Positions 49,681 through 59,204 of a DNA stretch of 64,000 bases are shown piece after piece. Both the position numbers and the translations under genes were made by a program. The notes under the pieces are model-generated. The model did not search any database, was not told the DNA's origin, and saw nothing but the letters and a program-made list of their open reading frames with translations. Source of the stretch: Myxococcota bacterium (lineage in GTDB: Bacteria > Myxococcota_A > UBA796 > CAJQPC01). Location of the stretch: positions 1 to 64,000 of the forward strand of contig DASCPX010000112.1 of assembly GCA_036012755.1 (NCBI GenBank). Reading direction: 5' to 3'. Every line of letters starts with the position of its first letter. The first letter of the stretch is position 1.

Positions 49681-50096
49681 CACGCCACCTTCCGGAGCCA
49701 TGCGCTCAGGGCGAGCTGGTCGAGGACCTTCTCTTCATCCCGGCGCTCTTGCAGGGCGGCTTCTTCTTCACGGGCTTCGATGACCAGCGCCACGACCTCG
49801 GCCTCTCGAACGGCGGTGGCGACCTCGCCTCGACGCTCGTTCACCACCCGGCCGGTCTCGTCGAGGAAGGACCGCTCGCGGCGGCCCAGCAGCTCCATCT
49901 GGACACGGAACTGGTGGTAGATGGCCAGCGACGCCGCGTCCTCGGTGGTCTCCGCGCGGGCCTCGACGACGCGCTGGTTGACGCGCTCGACGCGGTCCAG
50001 CTGTTGGTCGTGCCGTTTCTCGGCTCGGACGAGCTCCAGGCGTGCCCGGCGCTTGTCGTGGTCTCGCAGTCGCTTGAGAACGTCCAGCGTCTTCAT
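49680..50096 (-). CDS. fliJ: Flagellar export chaperone FliJ
   Basis: 138-aa coiled coil; LDVLKRLR start; EEKVLDQ end; position. Confidence 0.75.
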   Translation of the reverse strand: MKTLDVLKRLRDHDKRRARLELVRAEKRHDQQLDRVERVNQRVVEARAETTEDAASLAIYHQFRVQMELLGRRERSFLDETGRVVNERRGEVATAVREAEVVALVIEAREEEAALQERRDEEKVLDQLALSAWLRKVA

Positions 50097-50103
50097 GCGT
50101 CTC

Positions 50104-50130
50104 GCAACGGATCGCTGGGCGGCCGCTTGA
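50104..50130 (-). promoter_or_regulatory. Sigma28-like promoter upstream of fliJ
   Basis: Minus strand TCAA-N15-TCCGTTGC, same pattern as the fliN site. Confidence 0.45.
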
Positions 50131-50191
50131 GGTGAAGTGGCCGAGGCAGCCTGGACCGTGTAGGTTGCTGCCCCCCCGAGGAAACGCTGGA

Positions 50192-51196
50192 ATGGGTCTC
50201 GACTACCGCGTTCGCTGCTGTCCCGATGGCCTCGTCACGGATCGACGTCGCCGCATCAAGGTGCTGGACTGCACGATTCGGGACGGCGGCATCTGCAACC
50301 GCTGGCGGTTCGGCGACGACCTCGTTCAGCGCACCTTCCAGGCGCTCACTCGCTCCGGTGTCGACTACATGGAGGTCGGCTACCGCACCTCTGACGGCGT
50401 CTACAGCCGCGACGACGTCGGCCCCTGGCGTTTCTGCGACGAGCGCGATCTACAGCGCGTCGTCACCCCTGGCCGAATGAAGCTCACGACGATGATCGAC
50501 ATCGGTCGCGTCGAGGTCGCGGACATCCCGAAGAAGTCCGACAGCGTCATCGACGTCATCCGCATCGCAGCCTACGCCCACCAGATGGACGAGGCCCTTC
50601 GCCTGGCCGACCACGCCAAGGAGCAGGGCTACGAGACCTTCATGAACGTGATGGCCGTCTCGGTGCTGGAGCCCGAAGATGTCGACACCTTCCTCAACCG
50701 CCTGGCCGTCAGCGGCATCGACAACGTGGCGATCGTCGACTCCTTCGGCGCTCTCTACCCCCACCACGTCCGCTACCTCGTCCGCAAGTACATGAACTAC
50801 CTGGGCAGGGACATCAAGGTCGGCGTGCACTTCCACAACAACCAGCAGCAGGCCTTCGCCAACTCGGTGGCCGCCATCGACGAGGGCGTCGACTTCGTGG
50901 ACGCGACCGTGCACGGCATGGGTCGCGGCGCCGGCAACTGTCCTTTGGAGCTCTTGCTCTTCTACCTCGACAACCCGCGCTACGACGTGCGCCCGGTGCT
51001 CGAGCTCGTCGACGACTTCGCCAACATGCGCGACAGCCTGCGCTGGGGCTACCACCTGCCCTACGCCATCACGGGCTTCTTCAACGTCCACCCCCGAAGC
51101 GGCATCGAGCGCATGTCGCGGCCGGACCGCTACGAGTGCCGGGAGATGTACGAGAAGCTCTCCCCGCGCCTGGACGCTGCCTCGAAGGCTGGCTGA
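50192..51196 (+). CDS. DRE-TIM metallolyase (4-hydroxy-2-oxovalerate aldolase-like); start uncertain
   Basis: LDCTIRDGG, VDSFG, HFHNN, GMGRGAGN. Confidence 0.85.
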   Translation: MGLDYRVRCCPDGLVTDRRRRIKVLDCTIRDGGICNRWRFGDDLVQRTFQALTRSGVDYMEVGYRTSDGVYSRDDVGPWRFCDERDLQRVVTPGRMKLTTMIDIGRVEVADIPKKSDSVIDVIRIAAYAHQMDEALRLADHAKEQGYETFMNVMAVSVLEPEDVDTFLNRLAVSGIDNVAIVDSFGALYPHHVRYLVRKYMNYLGRDIKVGVHFHNNQQQAFANSVAAIDEGVDFVDATVHGMGRGAGNCPLELLLFYLDNPRYDVRPVLELVDDFANMRDSLRWGYHLPYAITGFFNVHPRSGIERMSRPDRYECREMYEKLSPRLDAASKAG

Positions 51197-51203
51197 GCCG
51201 GGC

Positions 51204-52538
51204 TCAGTCCCGGAAGGGATCCCACTGAAAGCGGTCATCGTACCGGGGCTCTTTTTCATCGTCGAGGAAGTCCGTGTCGAAGCCTCTTCCGGTGATGAGG
51301 AGGTCCATCTCGAAGTGCACGCCGTACCGCAGGGCCGGGGACAGCTTCGGGAACGGGGGCTGGCTGGAGACGTGATCGACCAGCTCGATGGGCCGCACGC
51401 GCCTGATCTTGGTCCCGCGGTAGGAGGCCTGGACGATGCCGTCGACCGAGAGGTGCTTCCTGGTGGGGTCCCACCTGCCGTGGAGCCGTGCAGTTGGTGA
51501 GAACACCCGCTTCCAGGTCAGGGTGGGGAGCGTCCGGGCGGCCCGGTTGAGGCGCTTCTCGAGGCGCTTCTTCGAGGGAGCCTGAGAAGCCTGCCGCAGC
51601 ATCTTGATGCGGCGCGGACGAATCGGGGAGCCCGGTCGTGGCGTCGGGGTCGGCCAGACATGCTCGACCAGGTCGAGCTTCTCGCTCTTCGGGACCTCGT
51701 CCCAGAGGCGATCCTCCCAGCGGAGGATGGCCGCCGGTTCGCCGACCAGGTCCCGGCGAAGCAGGCAGCGGGAGGAGCCACCAGGCATGCCGACATCCAG
51801 CGTCGGGCTGAAGAGCATCTTCGGGATCCCCAGCACCTCGCGCCCGATCGCCAGGGCGGTCAGATCGTCGAGGTAAACGGCGTCCACGTAGGCCTTGGGA
51901 GCGCCGAACCGGTCCTTGTGGGTGGGCACGATCACGGCGACCTCGGTGTAGCGAACGGTCTCCGGACGCCCCTCGAAGCCGATCCCGCCGGCGTAGTCGA
52001 TGACCGCGACGACGAAGTACGGGGGGTAGCCGATCGGGTCGAGCCAGGTGTACCCGGGCGGGAGCATCCGGCGCCAGAGGTCCGGGCGCTCGAAGTGGAA
52101 GAGGAACACCTGGGCGCCCCTCGCCACGTAGGGACCGGGCAAGGTCCAGGGCTGCGGGTTCCTGGCCTCGTACCACTCCTGGCGACTGAGGCGGTCGATC
52201 CCGGAAGTCGCCTGGGCGCTGCGCGTCTTGGCCTCCTTGAAGCAGGCGGCGCGCAGATCCTCGTCCTCGGCTACGAGCTGGCGCAGGTCGGACTCGGGAA
52301 GGACCGTCACCGTGGCGGCCTCGCGGCATCGGATCTCGCCTGTGTGCTCGCCTCCGGGTCCGAGCACGTCGAGCGCTCCGACCACGTCCCCGGCTTCCGC
52401 CACGTAGACACGACGCTGTCCGGCGTAGACCTCGAGCGAGCCGCTCTGGACCCGCCAGGCCTCGGTCGCCGGGTCTCCGGGGCTCGCGAGCACGAACTCG
52501 TCCGTCAGGGACTTCGAGGTTGTGGCCAAGCCTGACAC
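51204..52538 (-). CDS. cNMP-binding domain fused to acetoacetate-decarboxylase-like domain
   Basis: VQSGSLEVY..AGDVVG (cNMP); YTEV..YLDD..GREVLGIPK (ADC). Confidence 0.65.
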   Translation of the reverse strand: MSGLATTSKSLTDEFVLASPGDPATEAWRVQSGSLEVYAGQRRVYVAEAGDVVGALDVLGPGGEHTGEIRCREAATVTVLPESDLRQLVAEDEDLRAACFKEAKTRSAQATSGIDRLSRQEWYEARNPQPWTLPGPYVARGAQVFLFHFERPDLWRRMLPPGYTWLDPIGYPPYFVVAVIDYAGGIGFEGRPETVRYTEVAVIVPTHKDRFGAPKAYVDAVYLDDLTALAIGREVLGIPKMLFSPTLDVGMPGGSSRCLLRRDLVGEPAAILRWEDRLWDEVPKSEKLDLVEHVWPTPTPRPGSPIRPRRIKMLRQASQAPSKKRLEKRLNRAARTLPTLTWKRVFSPTARLHGRWDPTRKHLSVDGIVQASYRGTKIRRVRPIELVDHVSSQPPFPKLSPALRYGVHFEMDLLITGRGFDTDFLDDEKEPRYDDRFQWDPFRD

Positions 52539-52559
52539 AATGGCAGCTTCGGAGGCCCC

Positions 52560-54455
52560 ATGCTGCTCGTCATCCTGTCCCTCGGCTGCCGCAACAAGGA
52601 CTACACGGCCGACAGCGCCGGCATCTCAGAGGACACCGCGCCGGTCTACGAGGACCTCGACGGCGACGGGGTGACAGGGGAGACCGACTGCGACGACGGG
52701 GACCCCGCGCGCTTCCCCGGCAACACCGAGACGCCCTACAACGGCGTCGACGACGACTGCGACGAGTCCACCCTCGACGACGATCTGGACGGGGACGGCT
52801 ACCTCGGCGCGGACGACTGCAACGACCTCGACGGCGACGTGCACCCCGACGCGGTGGAGTTCTGCAACGGCGTCGACGACGACTGCGACGGCGAGATCGA
52901 CGACGCGGTCGGCGGCACCTGGTACGCGGACGACGACGGTGACGGCTTCGGTGACCCCGACGCCAGCTCCCAGTCCTGCGAGGCGGGGGACGGGCAGGTG
53001 GCGGACGCCACGGACTGTGACGACTCGGATGCCGACGTGAACCTGGCGGCGGACGAGGTCTGCAACGGTGTCGACGACGACTGTGACGGAGAGGTGGACG
53101 CCGACGCGCTGGACATGACTACCTGGCTCATCGACACGGACGGAGACGGCTTCGGTGACGACGACGACACGGTGGAGTCCTGCGACAGCTGCAGCGCATG
53201 CGTGACCGAGGGCGGGGACTGCGACGACGACGACGGCGACGTGCACCCCGACGCGGACGAGGTCTGCAACGGCGTCGACGACGACTGCGACGGTGACGTC
53301 GACCCGGACGACTCCCTCGACGTGGAGACCTGGTACGCGGACGCGGACTCTGACGGCTTCGGCGCCGCCGACTACCCCACAGAGGCATGCGACCAGCCCA
53401 CGGGCCACGTCGCCGACGACACCGACTGCGACGACTCCGACTCCGACATCTGGCCAGGCGCGACGGAGGTCTGCAACGACGTGGACGACGACTGCGACGG
53501 CGACGTCGACGAGGGGGTGCTGTCGTCCTGGTTCCTCGACGCCGACGGTGACGGCTATGGCGACGGGGCCGCGGTGGAGGGCTGCGACGCCCCGACCAGC
53601 GCCTATGTCGCTGTCGACGGGGACTGCGACGACACGGACACGGCCTACAGCCCGGGCGCCACCGCCGGCTGCGACGGAGAGGACTACGACTGCGACGGCA
53701 GCGTCGACAACGACGCCGACGGCGATGGCTACGCGGACTCGGCTTGCGGTGGGGACGACTGCGACGACTCAGACGCCAGCATCAAGCCCGAGCGCACCGG
53801 CGACTGCGCGCTGGGCACCAGCTGCGATGACATCCTGGGGGCCGGGTACTCCAGCGGCGACGGCAACTACACCATCGACGTCGACGGCTACAGCACCGGA
53901 GAGGACCCCGAAGAGGTCTACTGCGACATGAACACCGCCAGCGGCGGCTGGACGCTCATCGCCACCAACGCCAGCGGTGGCTACTGGAGCAGCACGACCG
54001 TGGTCGGCGACACTGCCAGCGGCAGCGTCTCCACGAGCACCGACTACAAGGCCGAGGCCTGGTCGACCCTGGCGTTCACCGACCTGATGTTCGACGACGG
54101 CACCGACTACGCCGTCTACCTGGCCGTCGACTCGGGCTCGAACACCTACTACGACTTCCAGGCCGCCATCCCGGTCCACAACTGCGGGGACTCCGACGGC
54201 TACTCCTACTCGCTCTCGAGCGGGAGCTTCGCGGGCGACTGCAACACGAACCTCTACTTCCACGCCATCGACGTCGACGGCGGCTACAACTCGACCTGCA
54301 GCGAGACCTACACCTACACGAACAACGCCTACGGCCCCAACTGGAGCGCCGGCAACAACGACGGCTGCCCGATGGACGACCCCTACTACTCGAGCTTCAT
54401 GTACGACTCGCTCGGCGTCTGGAGTGGCGACCCGCTGTTGATGTTCGTGCGCTGA
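52560..54455 (+). CDS. Lipoprotein with Cys/Asp putative metal-binding (MopE-related) repeats and C-terminal fibrinogen-like domain
   Basis: Repeated DCDD...E.CNGVDDDCDG and WY.D.DGDGFG units; SC..I...G.Y.ID...VYCDM...GGWTLI. Confidence 0.85.
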   Translation: MLLVILSLGCRNKDYTADSAGISEDTAPVYEDLDGDGVTGETDCDDGDPARFPGNTETPYNGVDDDCDESTLDDDLDGDGYLGADDCNDLDGDVHPDAVEFCNGVDDDCDGEIDDAVGGTWYADDDGDGFGDPDASSQSCEAGDGQVADATDCDDSDADVNLAADEVCNGVDDDCDGEVDADALDMTTWLIDTDGDGFGDDDDTVESCDSCSACVTEGGDCDDDDGDVHPDADEVCNGVDDDCDGDVDPDDSLDVETWYADADSDGFGAADYPTEACDQPTGHVADDTDCDDSDSDIWPGATEVCNDVDDDCDGDVDEGVLSSWFLDADGDGYGDGAAVEGCDAPTSAYVAVDGDCDDTDTAYSPGATAGCDGEDYDCDGSVDNDADGDGYADSACGGDDCDDSDASIKPERTGDCALGTSCDDILGAGYSSGDGNYTIDVDGYSTGEDPEEVYCDMNTASGGWTLIATNASGGYWSSTTVVGDTASGSVSTSTDYKAEAWSTLAFTDLMFDDGTDYAVYLAVDSGSNTYYDFQAAIPVHNCGDSDGYSYSLSSGSFAGDCNTNLYFHAIDVDGGYNSTCSETYTYTNNAYGPNWSAGNNDGCPMDDPYYSSFMYDSLGVWSGDPLLMFVR

Positions 54456-54464
54456 GCCTAGACC

Positions 54465-55278
54465 CTAGCTGATCATCCCTCCGCGCGGGTGGCGGCCGGG
54501 AGGCCCGGTGGAGCCGGGGGGGATGATGATGATCGGCATGCTGTTGAGCGCGCCCTCGGCTGCCGAGCCGATGAAGCCGCCGAGGGTCTGGACGGCGCTC
54601 CAGGCGGCCGCTGCGGCGCCGGCGGTGATCGCGGCTGCGGCGAGGGCGGCCCGCATGCCCATGAGCGTCGAGGGGTCCCCCTTGATGTTCACCTTCACCC
54701 CGGGCTGGAGCTTGAAGGTGTAGTAGCCCCACTGCAGATCGACGGACTTCGGCTCACTCTCGAACTCCACCTCCATCGGGCTCTTGACCGTCATCTTCAG
54801 GGGCAGGGTCATGCTCTTGGAGGCCACGCTCAGGCCGTCGCCGTCCACCATGAGCTCGGTCTTGGAGAACTCTCCGGCGACCGCGGCGAAGAGCGCACCC
54901 TTGCAGCCCCCGTCCTTCGTGCAGGAGACGTCGATGCCGCCTGGTGCCTGGGACTCGGCCTCGCCCTTGAGCTCGAACTCCAGGGTGGCCATGATCCCCA
55001 TCGAGATGATGGGTCCGACGGTGTGTGAGGCCAGCGGGATCTCGGCCTTTCGGATGACCGGCCCCTTCTTCTCCTCTTTGTCGCCTTCGGCAGCCTTGCC
55101 CCCTCCTGGGGCCTTGCACTGGGGCTGGGCTTTCCAGGGGGGCACGCCGTCGCGCATGGCGTCTTGTGCCGCGGCGTTGCCACGGGGCTGGTCGACCATC
55201 CGGCTCTGGGGGTTCCTGCATCGGGAACGTGTCGGGCGCGCACTGCTGAGGAGTCTGCTTTTTGCTCTTTCCGCTCAT
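54465..55278 (-). CDS. Hypothetical protein, apparently frameshifted near the 5' end
   Basis: Main ORF 54465-55199; removing one base from the G5 run at 55208-55212 joins an upstream MSGKSKKQ... start in frame. Confidence 0.55.
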
Positions 55279-55379
55279 GGAGACTCTGTCGGGCAGTACC
55301 AACGTACCAGCCCAAACAGGGCGTCGGAGGGCAGATCCCGCATTCCAGATCCGGCCCCGGCGAGCGCTACGATGGGCAG

Positions 55380-57020
55380 GTGACGTTGTTGCTCGCCGCC
55401 TGCGCAGGGTCGGGTCAGCTCGGGCTCGCCGAGCCGGCGGACAGCGCCGTGGAGAGCGTCCCCGGGATTCACCCAGACGGCGACCCCACCGATGTGGTCT
55501 TCGACACCGAGCGCATCTCCTCCATCGAGCTCGACATGGCTCCGGAGGACTGGCTGAGCGTACGGGACGACCCCTGGTCCAAGGCATGGGTCCCGGCCGT
55601 GTTCAGGTGGAACGGCGAGGAGGTCGCCGACGTCGCGGTCCGGGCCTTCGGCTACGGCAGCATCAGGGTGGGCAAGCCCTCGCTGAAGGTGAGCTTCGAT
55701 CGCATCGTCGAGAGGCAGCTCTGGCGGGAGCTCGACGAGCTCAAGCTGGACAACTCCTCACAGGACCCCGGCTACCTCAACGAGTGCATCGCCACGGCGA
55801 TAGTCCGCCGCGCGGGCCTCCCCGCTGCCCGCACCGGCTGGGCCGAGGTCAGCGTCAACGGCGACGCCGCCGGCTTCTTCGTGGTGCTGGAGTCCATCGA
55901 CGACCGCTTCGTCGAGCGCTGGTTCGGCCACGACGATGGCGCCCTGTACGGCACTCGCGACCACCAGTACGGTCACGGCCTGAACCCCACGGACGACCCC
56001 CTCGTCTACTACGAAGCCCAGACCAGCAAGGGGGGAGACGGCACGGATCTGGCCCACTTCATCGAGCTCGTCTCCGAGGGCAGCGACGACGACCTGGCAG
56101 CAGCCGTGGACCTCGAGGGCTTCTTCGGGGTGAGCGTCGCCCGGTCGATGATGGGCTCGATGGACGCCTTTTCGGCCGACGGAAACAACTTCTACCTCTA
56201 CAACGACCACGACCGATTGCGGCTGGTGCCCTGGGACTTCGACGTCGATCTCGGCGGCTACTACCTCTCGACCGCGCTCACCGTGGATCCGCGGGCCCCC
56301 TGGGCCACCTCGCCCTGGTCTGCGGACTCGGTGACCGGCGCTCCCTACATGGACCCGGTGCTCCTGCGGAGCCTGGCCATGGGCTACGACCCGGACCCGC
56401 TCGTCGAGGAGCTGCTGGCGGGGCCCTTCGACTGGGCCTCCGTCGACGCCGAGGCCGCCGCCGCAGCGGTCCTGATCCGCGACGCCGTCGGACGCGACGT
56501 GCTCGGGGATCTCTCTACCTTCGACCAGCGCGCGGCTGACCTGCGTCTGTTCGTCCACAGTCGCCTGGCCGGACTGGCCGGTGGCGAGGTGGCCGACTGT
56601 CCGGAGACCGACCTGCTGCAGGCGGCCGACCTCGTGGACTCGGGCACGGTGGGGTGGGGGAGTCTCCTGGTGGACAGCACCAACTGGGGCCCGGGCTTCA
56701 ACGTGAACGGGGTGCACACCTGCACCGGCGTGTTCGCCCACGCGCCGAGCACCGTGTCGCTGACCATTCCCGAGAGCGGCCAGATCAGCGGAGCCGTGGG
56801 CTTGCAGGACTGGAACCAGCGCTGCGGGGACGGCGCCACCTTCTCCATCGTCCAGGCCGACGAGGTCCTGTGGCAGAGCTCCACGCTCCAGACCTACGAC
56901 CCCTCAGAGGCCTTCGACGTCGAGGTCAGCGCGGGGTCCCTGACGCTGCAGGCCGGTGCAGGCGGCGACTACTCCTGCGACACCACGGTCTGGTTGGATC
57001 TGGCCCTTCAGCCGGGGTAG
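55380..57020 (+). CDS. CotH kinase-family lipoprotein with C-terminal NPCBM domain
   Basis: KPSLKVSFD, LKLDN..QDP, NNFYLY, PWDFD; GVFAHAPS..GAVG..TFSI. Confidence 0.85.
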   Translation: MTLLLAACAGSGQLGLAEPADSAVESVPGIHPDGDPTDVVFDTERISSIELDMAPEDWLSVRDDPWSKAWVPAVFRWNGEEVADVAVRAFGYGSIRVGKPSLKVSFDRIVERQLWRELDELKLDNSSQDPGYLNECIATAIVRRAGLPAARTGWAEVSVNGDAAGFFVVLESIDDRFVERWFGHDDGALYGTRDHQYGHGLNPTDDPLVYYEAQTSKGGDGTDLAHFIELVSEGSDDDLAAAVDLEGFFGVSVARSMMGSMDAFSADGNNFYLYNDHDRLRLVPWDFDVDLGGYYLSTALTVDPRAPWATSPWSADSVTGAPYMDPVLLRSLAMGYDPDPLVEELLAGPFDWASVDAEAAAAAVLIRDAVGRDVLGDLSTFDQRAADLRLFVHSRLAGLAGGEVADCPETDLLQAADLVDSGTVGWGSLLVDSTNWGPGFNVNGVHTCTGVFAHAPSTVSLTIPESGQISGAVGLQDWNQRCGDGATFSIVQADEVLWQSSTLQTYDPSEAFDVEVSAGSLTLQAGAGGDYSCDTTVWLDLALQPG

Positions 57021-57065
57021 CGCCGGGTCACGAGCGGGCCCACCGGCTGGCCCTTTACTCGTCTC

Positions 57066-57428
57066 ATGACCACCTCGAACCTGCGTTCCTTGTCGCTGCT
57101 CCTTCTGGTGGGCCTGTCGTTGTCCTGTGGCGACAAGGATGATCCGGGCGACTCCTCGGCCGAAGCAGACGCCGACACCGACTCGGACACCGACTCCGAC
57201 TCGGACACCGACACGGATCCGAGCAACTGTGGGGATGGGGTCGACAACGACGGCGATGGCTGGATCGATGAACACTACCCGGACTGCGCGAGCTCGTCAC
57301 ATGAGACGGGCTACGGCTCCACCGAGTGCAATGACGGTGCCGACAACGATGCGGACGGCTACGTCGACGCCGCCGACGCAGGCTGCGAGTCCGCAGACGA
57401 TGACGACGAGGCCGAGTCGCGCGAGTGA
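57066..57428 (+). CDS. Small acidic lipoprotein with DxDxD tract and two C.DG.DND.DG..D repeats
   Basis: LSLSC lipobox; NCGDGVDNDGDGWID; ECNDGADNDADGYVD. Confidence 0.8.
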   Translation: MTTSNLRSLSLLLLVGLSLSCGDKDDPGDSSAEADADTDSDTDSDSDTDTDPSNCGDGVDNDGDGWIDEHYPDCASSSHETGYGSTECNDGADNDADGYVDAADAGCESADDDDEAESRE

Positions 57429-57652
57429 GCCTCCTGTTTCCCCTGGCCGGGCGACACATGTTGATCGAAGTGCCCGCCGAGCGGCTGGTCGAGGGGCTCC
57501 ATGCGGGCTTCGAGACCACCGCGACGCTCACGGACTGCGCCGGTGCCCCGGACGAGGCGTTCTGGTCCGAGGAGCCCTGTCCCTAGCGAAAGGCGAGCCA
57601 CCCGCTCCACCGCGGAGACACCTTCGTCTGTCGGGGGCTGTCTGCCTGGCGC

Positions 57653-58138
57653 TCAGTCCAGCTCGGCTTCGATCGTGCCGACGAAGGTCGAGGTGCCGTA
57701 GTTGCCCCAGTCCATCTCGGTCTCCCACGCCGCCTCGAAGTCGCCGTCGTCGGCCTCTCCCTCCAGGCTGCTTTCGTAGGGCTCGTCGCTGCCCCAGCTC
57801 ATCTCGAAGACCACCTCCCCGCTGATGGTGCCGTCCTCGTCCACCTGGCCAACGACGTCGACCGGGATCTCCGATCCGCCCCACTCGCTCGAGCAGAGCA
57901 TGCTGGCTTCGAAGGAGCCCTCGTCCTCGTCGACCGTGAAGGTGGCCTCGCCGGTGCAGTAGTCGTATTCGTAGTCCTCGCTCTCGATGATGACCGTGCC
58001 CTCGTAGTCACCGCTGAAGGGGTGGACGGTCTCCTCCTCCTCGCCCGAGTCGTCGTTCGATGGGCCCGTGCCGTCGCCTTGCTCGTCGAGCGTGACGGAT
58101 CCGAAGCTGCAGGCCAAAAGGGACAGCATTGCGATCAT
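57653..58138 (-). CDS. Acidic beta-rich lipoprotein
   Basis: AGGAGG RBS; LLAC lipobox. Confidence 0.75.
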   Translation of the reverse strand: MIAMLSLLACSFGSVTLDEQGDGTGPSNDDSGEEEETVHPFSGDYEGTVIIESEDYEYDYCTGEATFTVDEDEGSFEASMLCSSEWGGSEIPVDVVGQVDEDGTISGEVVFEMSWGSDEPYESSLEGEADDGDFEAAWETEMDWGNYGTSTFVGTIEAELD

Positions 58139-58368
58139 CTCGATCCTCCTGGGCAGACTGTAGCCGACCTGGTGAGGCGGCACGTGCCCGATCCACGAGC
58201 ACGCGCGATCTGAGACAATCGCTACGACGCAAAACCGGCGATGACTGGTCGGCGGATCGCTTCAATAACATGACCCGCACGGCGGCCTGGAGGAGGGTGT
58301 TCGAGGTCGTCCCAGGCCGGAAGCGTGGCCTCTGGCGGCTCAAGACCGTCAGCCCCGGGCTGGACCCG

Positions 58369-58692
58369 TCAGTCTGAGTCCGGGAACGGTCCGCAGGAGT
58401 CGTTCACGCACATCAGCCATTCGGTCTGATTCAGCTCACCAGCATCGCGCAGAGGGGTTCCCTGGCAGTGGTAGAGAAGCACCGACCCAGGGGCCGGACG
58501 ACAGCGCACTTGAAGCCCAGTGAGTTCCGGGTGCACTTCGGATAGGAAGCGCTGCGCGGCGGCGATTGCTTCGGCCTCAGCATTCCCTGATTGACCTGCG
58601 ATCGAGAGAACAACCACGAGAACCAATACGACAACGGGCATGAGCACGACCAGGCAGCCGGCAACGATCGATCGATCCGATCCGGTCGGCAC
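58369..58692 (-). CDS. Small membrane-anchored hypothetical protein with atypical codon usage
   Basis: One TM helix and four further Cys; visibly lower GC. Confidence 0.45.
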   Translation of the reverse strand: MPTGSDRSIVAGCLVVLMPVVVLVLVVVLSIAGQSGNAEAEAIAAAQRFLSEVHPELTGLQVRCRPAPGSVLLYHCQGTPLRDAGELNQTEWLMCVNDSCGPFPDSD

Positions 58693-59134
58693 GGGAACGA
58701 GTGGAGGGGGGCCGGGTGCTGAGGATCACTCAGCAGTACGCTCCATCGGCAGCCTCTCGGGCGGTCGGGGCCGCAGTGGGCAGGTTGGTGGACAAGATCG
58801 GGTCCTCCGGGGAAGGGGGTGGGACATCTCCAGCCGTGCCAGGCTGCGAAGGGCTCGAACGCTGTCTCGGTGGCCAATCCGCCAAGCGCCGCCCAGGTCA
58901 GGAGGCCGGCTGGCATCCCCTTGTACGGTTGCGGCGATCGGGGCGCTCACGGACTCTTGAAATGGCCGTGGACTGGCCCCGGGGGCGGCTTCGAAGCACC
59001 TTTGCGGTCGAGTTGGTACATCCGCCTGTACTCGCCGGTCCGCACCCGGCCTGGGGGCGCTTGAAGAAGTGTCACTCCTCCGGGAACAAAGCCCTTGGCG
59101 CTGAGCGATCCCCTTGCTACGGTCTGAACAGACG

Positions 59135-59180
59135 GAACCCGAGTCAGCCGCTGCCTGCGTTGCTGAGCTCGGGTTCTTTC
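59135..59180. terminator. Hairpin, probable intrinsic terminator
   Basis: GAACCCGAG-TCAGC...GCTGA-G-CTCGGGTTC, just downstream of the 59205 gene. Confidence 0.55.
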
Positions 59181-59204
59181 GTTCCTTGGGGTCGGGATTG
59201 GACG

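Noticed and set aside
52640..53790. Regularly recurring DNA repeats as a possible CRISPR array
   Set aside because: They are degenerate, in-frame coding repeats; no cas genes are present
58930..59180. Riboswitch, tRNA or 6S RNA
   Set aside because: I could not match any family consensus by eye; only a terminator-like hairpin is supported
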